Positions 49,886 to 58,606 of a stretch of 64,000 bases of DNA are shown in pieces. The notes under the pieces are model-generated. The model saw only the letters and a list, made by a program, of their open reading frames with translations, had not been told where the DNA came from and did not search any database. Source of the stretch: Ignavibacteriota bacterium. GTDB taxonomy: Bacteria; Bacteroidota; Ignavibacteria; Palsa-1295. The first letter of the stretch is position 1. The number at the start of each line of letters is the position of its first letter. The translations under genes were made by a program, and so were the position numbers. The stretch is taken from the NCBI GenBank assembly GCA_963787835.1, contig CAWBEI010000002.1, positions 384,001 to 448,000 of the forward strand, written 5' to 3'.

Positions 49886-52738
49886 CTATTCCGGTTTCAA
49901 TTCGAAGCGACTCCATTTGTCGCCACGTACAGCAGGGTTATCAAGCGAGATTTTAATGAGCGTCCCACGTTGATAGAGCGGAAGCATATCGTGGTAATGA
50001 TCCCCGAACATCGCTTCGGAGTTCCCAGATGGCAGCACACCGAGCAGCACATCATTATTCATATCGGCGACCATGCGCATGGAAGGCCCAACCTGCATTT
50101 GATAGGGATTCCATAGGTAATAGGAAGCTTGCGATACCGTCGTTGGCCCACCCGGCATCGGACCGCCAACCACATCGACGAGTTGCGCGACAAGCGGGCT
50201 CTCTTTATCGAACAAATGGCGCATCGTAAGCGTGTGAAGCTTGCCCCATTGCCATTGCCGAATATCCGCGCCAAATAGCTGTGCAAGCATGCGTAAAGAT
50301 TCCCGAAAAGAACGTTGAATGACGGCATCGCGCCCATTCACACCGCTGATACCGGAATGCCACCAGACGTTGGCCGTGTCTGGCAAAATATGCGCGAGCG
50401 CTTCCAATGGAATATTCTGCAACAGGATAAATTCCCCATACCGTGCAGGGGATGGCTCATTCCCGAGAAGTCCCTCATAAAACGTGTTATAAATGAGGCG
50501 ATTCAGAAAAACAGAATAGATCGCTGGAGCGATCTCCTCCGAGCGCATGCCGCCATCCCAATTACGAAGATAATTAAGCACTTGCGCAGTAAAGGGGTCG
50601 AGCGCTTCAGATTTTGAGTGCTGGAGATCATTCAAATGCCTATGCTCTGCGACCCAAACAGAATCGCTGCTGCGTGCATAGTTCATCGCGCTATCGGAGA
50701 TCGAAGTATGGCGAGTGAGGGAATCTTCCCTCCAGTAGAGTCGCATGGAGTCCATTCGAAATTCTGAAATACTATCGGCTCCCAATAACGGCGGATCGGG
50801 ATCGGGATGGAGCGCAAGAAGATACGGCAACACGCGATGAAGATCGTATGCACTGATAATATCGGTTTGAATGCTCTGTACATACCCCTCATCAGGATGC
50901 GGGTGTTCTTCCAGAAGCTCACTGATACGGTCCGCCCGAGATGAGGGTTCCCAATTCATGCCGAACGGAATAGAGCGGTCTTTCATCGGAGGGTTATTCG
51001 CCGACACGATATATCCTCGCGGAGGGTCGGTGACGGTTGGAAGTTCGGACATCGATACAAATCCCGTCCAGGCGTCGGCTGGATTTGCCCCATCGCGTGG
51101 TAACATCTGACGTGCCTCACTACCGGAACGTCGCGGGAGCCTGCCGATGAATTGGTAGGAAATATTTCCCCGCGCGTCTGCAAGACAAAGATTAAGGCAC
51201 GGCGTTGCAAATCCTGACATACCTTTCCTCGCCTCTGAAACTGTCTTGGCATGAACCAGATCGATAAAGCCCGCTAATTCGTCCGTAAGCGCGTAGGTCC
51301 CATTCCACATCATAGAAACAGGATGAGAATCCCGAGTAAAGATAGAATTATCCGGAACGCCGCCCGCACGCGCGTCCCCATAGAACTTACTTTCCATCCC
51401 TTGCGGATGCAATCCCGAAATAACCGGCCCGTGAATGGACATTCGTATCGTGATCGGAACTTTGATTATCGGATGTACTGCGGACGACCCACCCATTCCT
51501 CCACCATAACTCATCCGTGCAGAATCGCGAACGCGAATAGTATCGTGGATGACGGTAAAATCCTGCCAACTACCGTTCGAAAGCTGGTATTTGTTACTTG
51601 CAGAATCATATCGTTCCACAAAATAATCGCATTCATCCGCAGAACCGTTCGTAATACCCCACGAAAGATCTGCCGTACGGCCCGAAAGAACAACGGGCAT
51701 ACCCGGGATCAGGAACCCTGCGACGTTCATCCCATCGTCACTTACGAGATGCGCGACATACCAGCGGGACGGCGACTGAAGCTGCAAATGTGTATCGTTC
51801 TCAAGGATGGCAGAACCATCCGCCGTGTGAGAACCGGAAATAGCAAACGAATTCGACCCTCCGCCAACACATGCACCGGCCATGCTATCGAACTGGTTTA
51901 CCTGTCGAAACAAGGATGCAAAATCACCAACGGAACCTTCTCGCTCTCGCAGAGAGAGCTTCGGAGCAGCCGGTGGTTTCTGAGTAGTATCGAGCGGCTT
52001 TACAGGCGCGCGAACAATGGTGGGCGTAACGCGAGGCGTAGTCAGATAATTGGAAACGAACGTGCTCGGATTCGCGCCGCCTAACACCGTTGCACCATCA
52101 TCAGGATAGATGGGCAGGAGCGAATTAAAATGGGCACTATCGAGCGCAAGCGAAAAATCGCTATACGCAGCATCGGTGAGCGCGGAAAAATTAAGCTCCC
52201 ATGCCATCAGCCGCCCGATCATCATGCAATCCTGCGGGCGCCAATCTTCCGGAATCAGCGTAAGGGCGTCGAACTCGAACCCGAGATGCTTGCGATGATC
52301 TTTCAAATATGCATTGATACCCGAAACGAACGCCATGAGCACTTCCCGTGTATGCGTACCGGCTTTCAGCCACATCTGATCAGCAATGCGCGAAAACCCG
52401 ATCGTGCGAGACCACCGGTCGATCGCGAACGAACGGTTCCCAAAGACCTCGGACATCCGCCCCGCCCCCAGCCTTCGCTCCACCTCCATTTGGAACAGAC
52501 GGTCCTGTGCCTCCGCATAACCAAGACCGAAATAAGCATCGCGCTCTGTTGTGGCATGAATATGTGGGATGGCATATCCATCGCGGTCAATATCGATCGT
52601 CCCGCTAATTCCCGAAACCGTGGCCGTGCCCGAATACGCCGGCACCGTGCCCGACTTAAAATAAATCCCAAGCACCAATAACCCCACCATGAGGAGCAGG
52701 ATCAAATATCCGAAACCAAAAACAAAACGAGGAAACAT
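49886..52738 (-). CDS. Penicillin acylase family (Ntn hydrolase, S45)
   Basis: IPHIHA, AQDRLFQME, GSNSFA...ENDTHL, HGPVIS, SANN, WQWGKLH, GPSMRMV. Confidence 0.93.
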   Translation of the reverse strand: MFPRFVFGFGYLILLLMVGLLVLGIYFKSGTVPAYSGTATVSGISGTIDIDRDGYAIPHIHATTERDAYFGLGYAEAQDRLFQMEVERRLGAGRMSEVFGNRSFAIDRWSRTIGFSRIADQMWLKAGTHTREVLMAFVSGINAYLKDHRKHLGFEFDALTLIPEDWRPQDCMMIGRLMAWELNFSALTDAAYSDFSLALDSAHFNSLLPIYPDDGATVLGGANPSTFVSNYLTTPRVTPTIVRAPVKPLDTTQKPPAAPKLSLREREGSVGDFASLFRQVNQFDSMAGACVGGGSNSFAISGSHTADGSAILENDTHLQLQSPSRWYVAHLVSDDGMNVAGFLIPGMPVVLSGRTADLSWGITNGSADECDYFVERYDSASNKYQLSNGSWQDFTVIHDTIRVRDSARMSYGGGMGGSSAVHPIIKVPITIRMSIHGPVISGLHPQGMESKFYGDARAGGVPDNSIFTRDSHPVSMMWNGTYALTDELAGFIDLVHAKTVSEARKGMSGFATPCLNLCLADARGNISYQFIGRLPRRSGSEARQMLPRDGANPADAWTGFVSMSELPTVTDPPRGYIVSANNPPMKDRSIPFGMNWEPSSRADRISELLEEHPHPDEGYVQSIQTDIISAYDLHRVLPYLLALHPDPDPPLLGADSISEFRMDSMRLYWREDSLTRHTSISDSAMNYARSSDSVWVAEHRHLNDLQHSKSEALDPFTAQVLNYLRNWDGGMRSEEIAPAIYSVFLNRLIYNTFYEGLLGNEPSPARYGEFILLQNIPLEALAHILPDTANVWWHSGISGVNGRDAVIQRSFRESLRMLAQLFGADIRQWQWGKLHTLTMRHLFDKESPLVAQLVDVVGGPMPGGPTTVSQASYYLWNPYQMQVGPSMRMVADMNNDVLLGVLPSGNSEAMFGDHYHDMLPLYQRGTLIKISLDNPAVRGDKWSRFELKPE

Positions 52739-52744
52739 GCGCTC

Positions 52745-52776
52745 AATTACGAATTACGAATTCCAAATTACGAAAT
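52745..52776. repeat. Heptamer tandem repeat (AATTACG)
   Basis: aattacgaattacgaattccaaattacgaa; similar heptamer tracts near 33127, 41668-41743, 42504, 57905. Confidence 0.7.
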
Positions 52777-52868
52777 GGAGGCGTTGAGCGTTCCCCTGTT
52801 TGCCAAAGGAAACGCATTTAGTTGAAAATTTATTTGTAACCCGAGCGACGTTGTGCGTTCTTGTCTAT

Positions 52869-55043
52869 ATGGGAAAAACACTTCTAATTTTACTCAGCCT
52901 CGCGCTAACTTCGATCTCTCACGCGCAAGGCGGTTATTGGCAGCAATTGAATGGTCCGACGGGAGGGTATTCTGTGGCTATTGCGTCAGGTACAGATAAT
53001 ACCGTTTACTTATTAAGCGATTGGCTTTTGTGGAAGCGTTCTCCGGAAGATCCAGGCTGGGTTCGAATGGGTCGTCTCCCATTCTTTCCCGATTTTATAC
53101 AGCTTGCTCCAGCACCCTTCCCTTATCCTAATTTTATTGCTGCCTTTGGAAAATTGTTTGTTGGCGGCGACCTGCCCAGCGGCATTGTTCAATCAAATCC
53201 TGGAACTCTTTGGTCGTCGTCCGACGAAGGTGAGACCTGGAACAACACGGGAATCATAGTTTGTGAAGGAATTACTGTTTCGGGATCCTCTCTCTATGCC
53301 CTCGGTGCGATCCCCGGCGCATTCGCAGTATTTCGCTCCGACGATTCCGGCTCATCATGGAATAATGTTTTCACATCGACTACACGATTAATATCTTTAA
53401 CCGGTTCGCCGTCAAGCCATAAGCTGTATGTGGGAACCAGCAACGGAATCTATTCGAATACACAAGGAGATTCCGTTTGGAGCCTAGTATCTTCCTATTC
53501 ACCCTCGGATGGAAATTCACTTCAACTCTTCGAAGTGGATAGTTCGATCTGTATGGCAACATGGCAGACGCAGAATCCGCTTTCATCTCCATTTTTATTG
53601 TTCCGATCCACTGACGCTGGCCATACATGGGATACGATAGATAACTTGGGGGCGTGGGCGGGAATAATTAGCAAAGACTCCGCAGGTGATTTATGGCAAG
53701 TCCAGCTTAGTGGTCATGGCAACCAAAAAAATCTCTCTAAATCGACCGACAGCGGAAAAACGTGGCAGGCGGAGCCTTTCAACTTTGTTTATGACCCACA
53801 AGCATACATTTGTACCACTCCTTCGGGAACCATGGTAATGAAATCCCTCGAACATGTCTATCGCTATTCGTCATCGTCCTCCCAGTGGTCTCCGTGGGAA
53901 GATTCACTTCGAAATTCCAATATTTTTTCTGTGCTTGCGATTAGTAACGATTCGTTGCTTGTCGTTTCAAGTGGTGGGTTTTATCGAAGCTCCGATGACG
54001 GAGGAACATGGTCAAATGATTCAATCGACGATCCTGATTTTTTATCACAGGGCACGGTCAGTCCGCCAAATTTTATCGGTTATCAAATTCTCCGCTCTCC
54101 GGATGGATCTCTTTTCTGCTGGACGTTCCGTTACGATCCCAACTTAAAGGAATGGGTTACAATATCGGATACAATTAAAGGGCGCTATCAACCGCTTGCT
54201 ATCCTGGCTGTTGATTCTTCCGGGAATATCTATTCGCAGATCGAAGACGTAGGATTCGTCAATGGAATGTGGTATTCCGAACTATTACGGTCTTCCGACA
54301 AGGGAGCACATTGGGACACCTTACCTTCTACACCTTATTCCTGGAATACGCTTACCATAGATGCTCACGGAAGAATCCTTGGCTGTTCACAGGACGGTGG
54401 GTACGCTGCTCCGATTTTTCGATCATCCGATAGTGGTCGAACCTGGAACAAACTGGGGCCTCAGGGCAGTCCCTATTTTACTGCCGTTACGCCACGCGGA
54501 GATATTTTTGCATCTATTTTAGGCAGTGATTCTGTTGGAACCTTCTATATGATGCAATCCTCGGATGACGGCACTTCGTGGGAAGCGACGGGAAGAACGA
54601 CACAAATTGATTGTTTTGCTGTTGACGGAGATTCGTCAGTATTCCTGGTTAATGGTTACGGTGAAATAATGAAAACTTCCGGTGCCAATCAAAGTTGGAA
54701 AGAAATCTACGCTTCTTCTGATACCGAGATGTACTCTCTTGCCGTAAGCCCTGATCGTCAATTGTTTGCAGGCAGTTTTTTCGATGGTCTATTCCGTTAT
54801 GTTCCTTCCTCTTCGAGCGTTGAAACTACAGTATCTGCTCCTGAAACTTTCTCCATATTCCCCAATCCGGCTGCAAACCAAATTCACATAACATCGAGTG
54901 AAGGAAATATTTCTATTCTCGATCCTCTTGGCCGGAGTTATGAAGTAAACCAAACCGGCAACACGCTCGATATTTCCGCACTCCCCTCCGGCGTGTATTT
55001 CACAAGCGATGGGCATTCGCGGGCAAAATTTGTGAAGGAATAG
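52869..55043 (+). CDS. T9SS cargo with BNR/Asp-box repeats
   Basis: Signal ..SHAQ; RS.D.G.TW repeats; CTD IFPNPA...LPSGVYF. Confidence 0.9.
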   Translation: MGKTLLILLSLALTSISHAQGGYWQQLNGPTGGYSVAIASGTDNTVYLLSDWLLWKRSPEDPGWVRMGRLPFFPDFIQLAPAPFPYPNFIAAFGKLFVGGDLPSGIVQSNPGTLWSSSDEGETWNNTGIIVCEGITVSGSSLYALGAIPGAFAVFRSDDSGSSWNNVFTSTTRLISLTGSPSSHKLYVGTSNGIYSNTQGDSVWSLVSSYSPSDGNSLQLFEVDSSICMATWQTQNPLSSPFLLFRSTDAGHTWDTIDNLGAWAGIISKDSAGDLWQVQLSGHGNQKNLSKSTDSGKTWQAEPFNFVYDPQAYICTTPSGTMVMKSLEHVYRYSSSSSQWSPWEDSLRNSNIFSVLAISNDSLLVVSSGGFYRSSDDGGTWSNDSIDDPDFLSQGTVSPPNFIGYQILRSPDGSLFCWTFRYDPNLKEWVTISDTIKGRYQPLAILAVDSSGNIYSQIEDVGFVNGMWYSELLRSSDKGAHWDTLPSTPYSWNTLTIDAHGRILGCSQDGGYAAPIFRSSDSGRTWNKLGPQGSPYFTAVTPRGDIFASILGSDSVGTFYMMQSSDDGTSWEATGRTTQIDCFAVDGDSSVFLVNGYGEIMKTSGANQSWKEIYASSDTEMYSLAVSPDRQLFAGSFFDGLFRYVPSSSSVETTVSAPETFSIFPNPAANQIHITSSEGNISILDPLGRSYEVNQTGNTLDISALPSGVYFTSDGHSRAKFVKE

Positions 55044-55070
55044 AGGTGCAGGCCGCGCAAAAAAATCCCC

Positions 55071-55937
55071 TCAGTTCGTCTCAGAGACCTCAAATATGAT
55101 ATTGCCACCCGCGATCTTCCCTTTCCGGGCGATCTCTTCTTTGCACCGGCTGCAAATAATGACCTCATCATTCTTATGTTGAACTTCTTCGATCAGCCCG
55201 GAAACGAAGATGGCAGAAGGAACCGCGAAGACCCCCAGGCCGCAAAATGCCGTGATCACTGCGAACACCTTTCCCCACGGCGTGATGGGTGTCATGTCTC
55301 CGGGAACCTTCGAAAGCGTCGCCGCTGCCCACCAGAACGATCTGGGAATACTCGAGAATATCTTCGGTTGCGCCGTGTGCTCGATGTAATACATCACCGT
55401 AGAAGAGAATATCAGAATGAGAAGGAGCACAAAAAATGCTGTCGCGATCTCGGATTTTTTCGCCTGAAACACGCGGTTCAACGTGGCAAGGGAGGCGGAA
55501 TACTGGCCGATCTTGAAAACACGCGCAAGACGTATGAGTCGAAACATTCGAATGAACCGCAGGTCGAACGGAAGCAACAGCGGAAGATAGAACGGAAGGA
55601 CTGCGAATAAGTCGATCAGTGCGAACGGAGTAGCGATATAGCGCAACCTCCCGACGATCGGGTGGGAGTATTTTTCATCCTCCACGATCGACCACAGCCG
55701 AAGAAGATATTCTACGGAAAATAAGCTTACCGTGATGATCTCCAGAACATAAAACAGCGTCTCATATTTCTCCGCAATGGTAACTTCCGATTCCAGGATC
55801 ACCGAGAGAACGCTCAGGCTAATGAGGCTTGCGATGAAGATACGAACAAACCGTTGACCTTTGTGTTCAAGATCGGAACCAAATAGTAGTTCGTGAACAC
55901 GGTGACGCGCCCGCAATAGTGAAGATTCTTCCGGCAT
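55071..55937 (-). CDS. 6-TM ion transport (voltage-gated K+ channel-like) protein with degenerate filter
   Basis: EYLLRLW, IDL.A.LPFYL, S4 LRFIRMFRLIRLARVFK, FSSIP.SFWW; filter TLSKVPGD. Confidence 0.88.
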   Translation of the reverse strand: MPEESSLLRARHRVHELLFGSDLEHKGQRFVRIFIASLISLSVLSVILESEVTIAEKYETLFYVLEIITVSLFSVEYLLRLWSIVEDEKYSHPIVGRLRYIATPFALIDLFAVLPFYLPLLLPFDLRFIRMFRLIRLARVFKIGQYSASLATLNRVFQAKKSEIATAFFVLLLILIFSSTVMYYIEHTAQPKIFSSIPRSFWWAAATLSKVPGDMTPITPWGKVFAVITAFCGLGVFAVPSAIFVSGLIEEVQHKNDEVIICSRCKEEIARKGKIAGGNIIFEVSETN

Positions 55938-55964
55938 GGATATACTGAACGCTTTTTCTATAGT

Positions 55965-57905
55965 TCAGGCTCCTTTGGGTACTTCGAGCGGCCGGTCGCG
56001 ATGCATCAGGATCCAGTCGCCGTTTTCGATAAGGGCTTCGCGGCCGAGTTCAGCGACGAACGCACGAGCGTCCGCAAGCCGGTCTTCACCAAGCAGTTTT
56101 TCAAGATGCACGGTCGCGCGATGGTAGAACACGCTCATGCGGTCGTATTGACGCTTATGTTCAGCAAGCGCATTTTTTTGTAGGTAGCTATGCAATACTG
56201 CGGCTAATACAGGAAAGACACCAATGCCAAGCAGAATATATTCATTAGGATGGCGGTACAAGAACGCCTGCACTGCCGCAAGCAGAAGCGCACCAATGAA
56301 CAACGCCATGATACGCTTTTCCTGAACATGAAGGATCCGGTGATCGCGATGAGCGGATTTCGCAAAATATTTCGCCTGATCTTCGACCCAATGTTTCAGA
56401 ACCAATTTCAAGTGTTCGCGCTCGGTGTCCCTGTCCTCCGGTGCGGACATATCGGACGCATGCGGGGTGCTTTCGATGGTTCCCGCACGGATCGCATTGC
56501 GGATCCAGTCGAGTTCGCTGCGCTGCTTGCGCATGTAGAAATCTGCTACGGAATCCTGAACGCCAGCCAATTTCCAGAAAAATTGTACTCGCAAACCCTC
56601 CGCAAGGGCGCGGTAATCGAGGTATCTGGTTTGGAACCCGTGCTGTTCCGCCCAGTAATACACGACGAACGATAAGAAGAACATTCCCAGATACAACCCG
56701 AGCATCACCGGCTCCTGAAAAAGGCCGGAGTACATTTCATAGAATAGCGCGGCAAAGAACACGAAGGTCAGAAGCAGTTGCAGCGTTGTTTTCGTGCGTC
56801 GCTGAAAGCGTTGCGAAAGCACATCGGCGATCGCATAAAAATCGAGATCTTCGCGGAGCGTGAGCGGTAATTCAGCCTTGTGCTCGCCCTTCGCGTGCTG
56901 TTCTCCTTTATGATGATGCCGTTTCCGTTTATGTCCAACGAGATGGTGGACGCGTGTGGGCAATACGTATTCCTTGCTCGCGCGGAAATGCTCTTTTAAT
57001 TCTTCAGAATATTTGATCGCGTCCGTGTTGAACGTTTCCATGCGCTCATAGACATCATGATACGCTTTTTCGGCATCTGCGCGGGCCGGGAAACCGGTGG
57101 GATAGATCCGGCGCGTCGTAAACGCGCGAGCCGGGTGCGGATTGATCCTGCGCGGCGTGACGATATGATAGACCGGGCCGGTATCCGGTGCATCGAGCTC
57201 GCTATGCGCCTTCGCGAACGGCTCAGGAACCCCTTCGAGCTTAAACTGCACCACTTGCGACGTGCCACCGATCAAATTCAGTTCCACGCCGTCCCACAGC
57301 GCAATAAGGATCGCGCTGCGGCTGGCAAGATACGCACCAACGAGCGCATACTGCTGCTCGCGAAATAAGCCGTGCTCCTGAATATCCTCGCGGGTAAGCC
57401 CCGGCATGATCGGAAGCTCGGTGTAGTATTCGGCACGTTCGATCAAGCGGTGAAATTCTTCGAGGGATGCCGCATCGAAATCCGTTTCGTAAAGTTCGGC
57501 GGGCATGGGCAGCACTACGGCAAGGCGCATTCCGGCTTCGAGCGCGATGCGAGCCACCAAGCGGTCGGCGCCATCGGCAAGCGCGGAGAGCAGCGTGAGC
57601 GGAGTCGAGGGATACGTCTTCCGCAAATACGAAAGCTCAGCAATAACAAGTTCCGTGAGCCGGGGAAGGTCTTCCTTGCAAAGATCGCGGTGACCTGTTA
57701 CGCCAACGATAAGCGGCAGCGGCCCCACTTCGCCGGTTCCCTGCGTGCCCCATCGCAACGAGTGCAGGGTATGATGATGCGGATGCAAGAGTTCATCGTC
57801 GATGAACTGCTCCACCGGGGATTCGGTGACCGAGGCAGCGCCACCGGGATGGGTACCGTTCATCCCGGTTAATAGCGTAGCCGGCTCGTTAGAGGTTATT
57901 TCCAT
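55965..57905 (-). CDS. SLOG (YpsA-like) domain fused to two SLATT (2TM) effector domains
   Basis: VGVTGHRD, LSALADGADRLVA, LIALWDG..GGTSQVV; YLDYRALAEGLRV, WVEDQAKYF, EALIENGDW; four TM helices. Confidence 0.8.
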   Translation of the reverse strand: MEITSNEPATLLTGMNGTHPGGAASVTESPVEQFIDDELLHPHHHTLHSLRWGTQGTGEVGPLPLIVGVTGHRDLCKEDLPRLTELVIAELSYLRKTYPSTPLTLLSALADGADRLVARIALEAGMRLAVVLPMPAELYETDFDAASLEEFHRLIERAEYYTELPIMPGLTREDIQEHGLFREQQYALVGAYLASRSAILIALWDGVELNLIGGTSQVVQFKLEGVPEPFAKAHSELDAPDTGPVYHIVTPRRINPHPARAFTTRRIYPTGFPARADAEKAYHDVYERMETFNTDAIKYSEELKEHFRASKEYVLPTRVHHLVGHKRKRHHHKGEQHAKGEHKAELPLTLREDLDFYAIADVLSQRFQRRTKTTLQLLLTFVFFAALFYEMYSGLFQEPVMLGLYLGMFFLSFVVYYWAEQHGFQTRYLDYRALAEGLRVQFFWKLAGVQDSVADFYMRKQRSELDWIRNAIRAGTIESTPHASDMSAPEDRDTEREHLKLVLKHWVEDQAKYFAKSAHRDHRILHVQEKRIMALFIGALLLAAVQAFLYRHPNEYILLGIGVFPVLAAVLHSYLQKNALAEHKRQYDRMSVFYHRATVHLEKLLGEDRLADARAFVAELGREALIENGDWILMHRDRPLEVPKGA

Positions 57906-57995
57906 TATACGAAGTTACGAAAATAATAGTTAGGTGGTGCAACAAACATATTTCTATTGTGCTATTACACCTTATTATTTTCATTAACAGTATTC

Positions 57996-58024
57996 TTGAC
58001 AAAGCAACAAAATTGGCGTAAGTT
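57996..58024 (+). promoter_or_regulatory. Sigma70-type promoter TTGACA-N17-TAAGTT
   Basis: Upstream of small ORF 58168 in AT-rich divergent region. Confidence 0.55.
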
Positions 58025-58167
58025 TGTATAGAGCGGTTGCAATTTGTCACCCAAAATTTCCTTTTTCGATCGCTCGAGCTCTGTTGAGACTGTGGGAATA
58101 TGTAGTTTGGGTTGCCAACGGCACGGCGGACGTTCCGCCGGGTTTACTTTATTCTTGAAATACACGT

Positions 58168-58482
58168 ATGGGTTACACATGGACAAAAAAAAATGCGACC
58201 ACCGTTGAGATGGTTGCTACAACCGCTGCAGCTCCCGGTATCACCGTCTCCTGGCAAACAACAAATGGATGGACCGTCAATGCAGGCGGTCAATCATCGA
58301 GCACGTCACCAATTGTACTTCCCGGCACGGGGACTTATGAGCTCACCGTCTCGAATAGTGGGAGTCAAAATGTTTCCTCCGGCCCCAACCCAACCTCGGG
58401 TCAGAATTCGGTCGTTAGCTTCGGGGGAGGGCAAGTAGGAACTATAACACTTAATCTAGAAGGCAATCCTATGGGCACATAA
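58168..58482 (+). CDS. Small T/S/G-rich beta-strand protein, unknown function
   Basis: 104-aa ATG ORF filling the intergenic gap, own promoter, no signal peptide. Confidence 0.65.
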   Translation: MGYTWTKKNATTVEMVATTAAAPGITVSWQTTNGWTVNAGGQSSSTSPIVLPGTGTYELTVSNSGSQNVSSGPNPTSGQNSVVSFGGGQVGTITLNLEGNPMGT

Positions 58483-58606
58483 ACCCAATTGGGATCTGCC
58501 GGTGCGCTCTTTCTTGTCTGCCGTCGATAAAACCCTCGACACTGGGGATGTCAATGATGGTTATTTTGAGAATAGGAACCCGTACTTCAGAATTGGAGGC
58601 GGGTTC

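Noticed and set aside
51323-52084. 253-aa plus-strand ORF
   Set aside because: Antisense to penicillin acylase; no recognisable motifs
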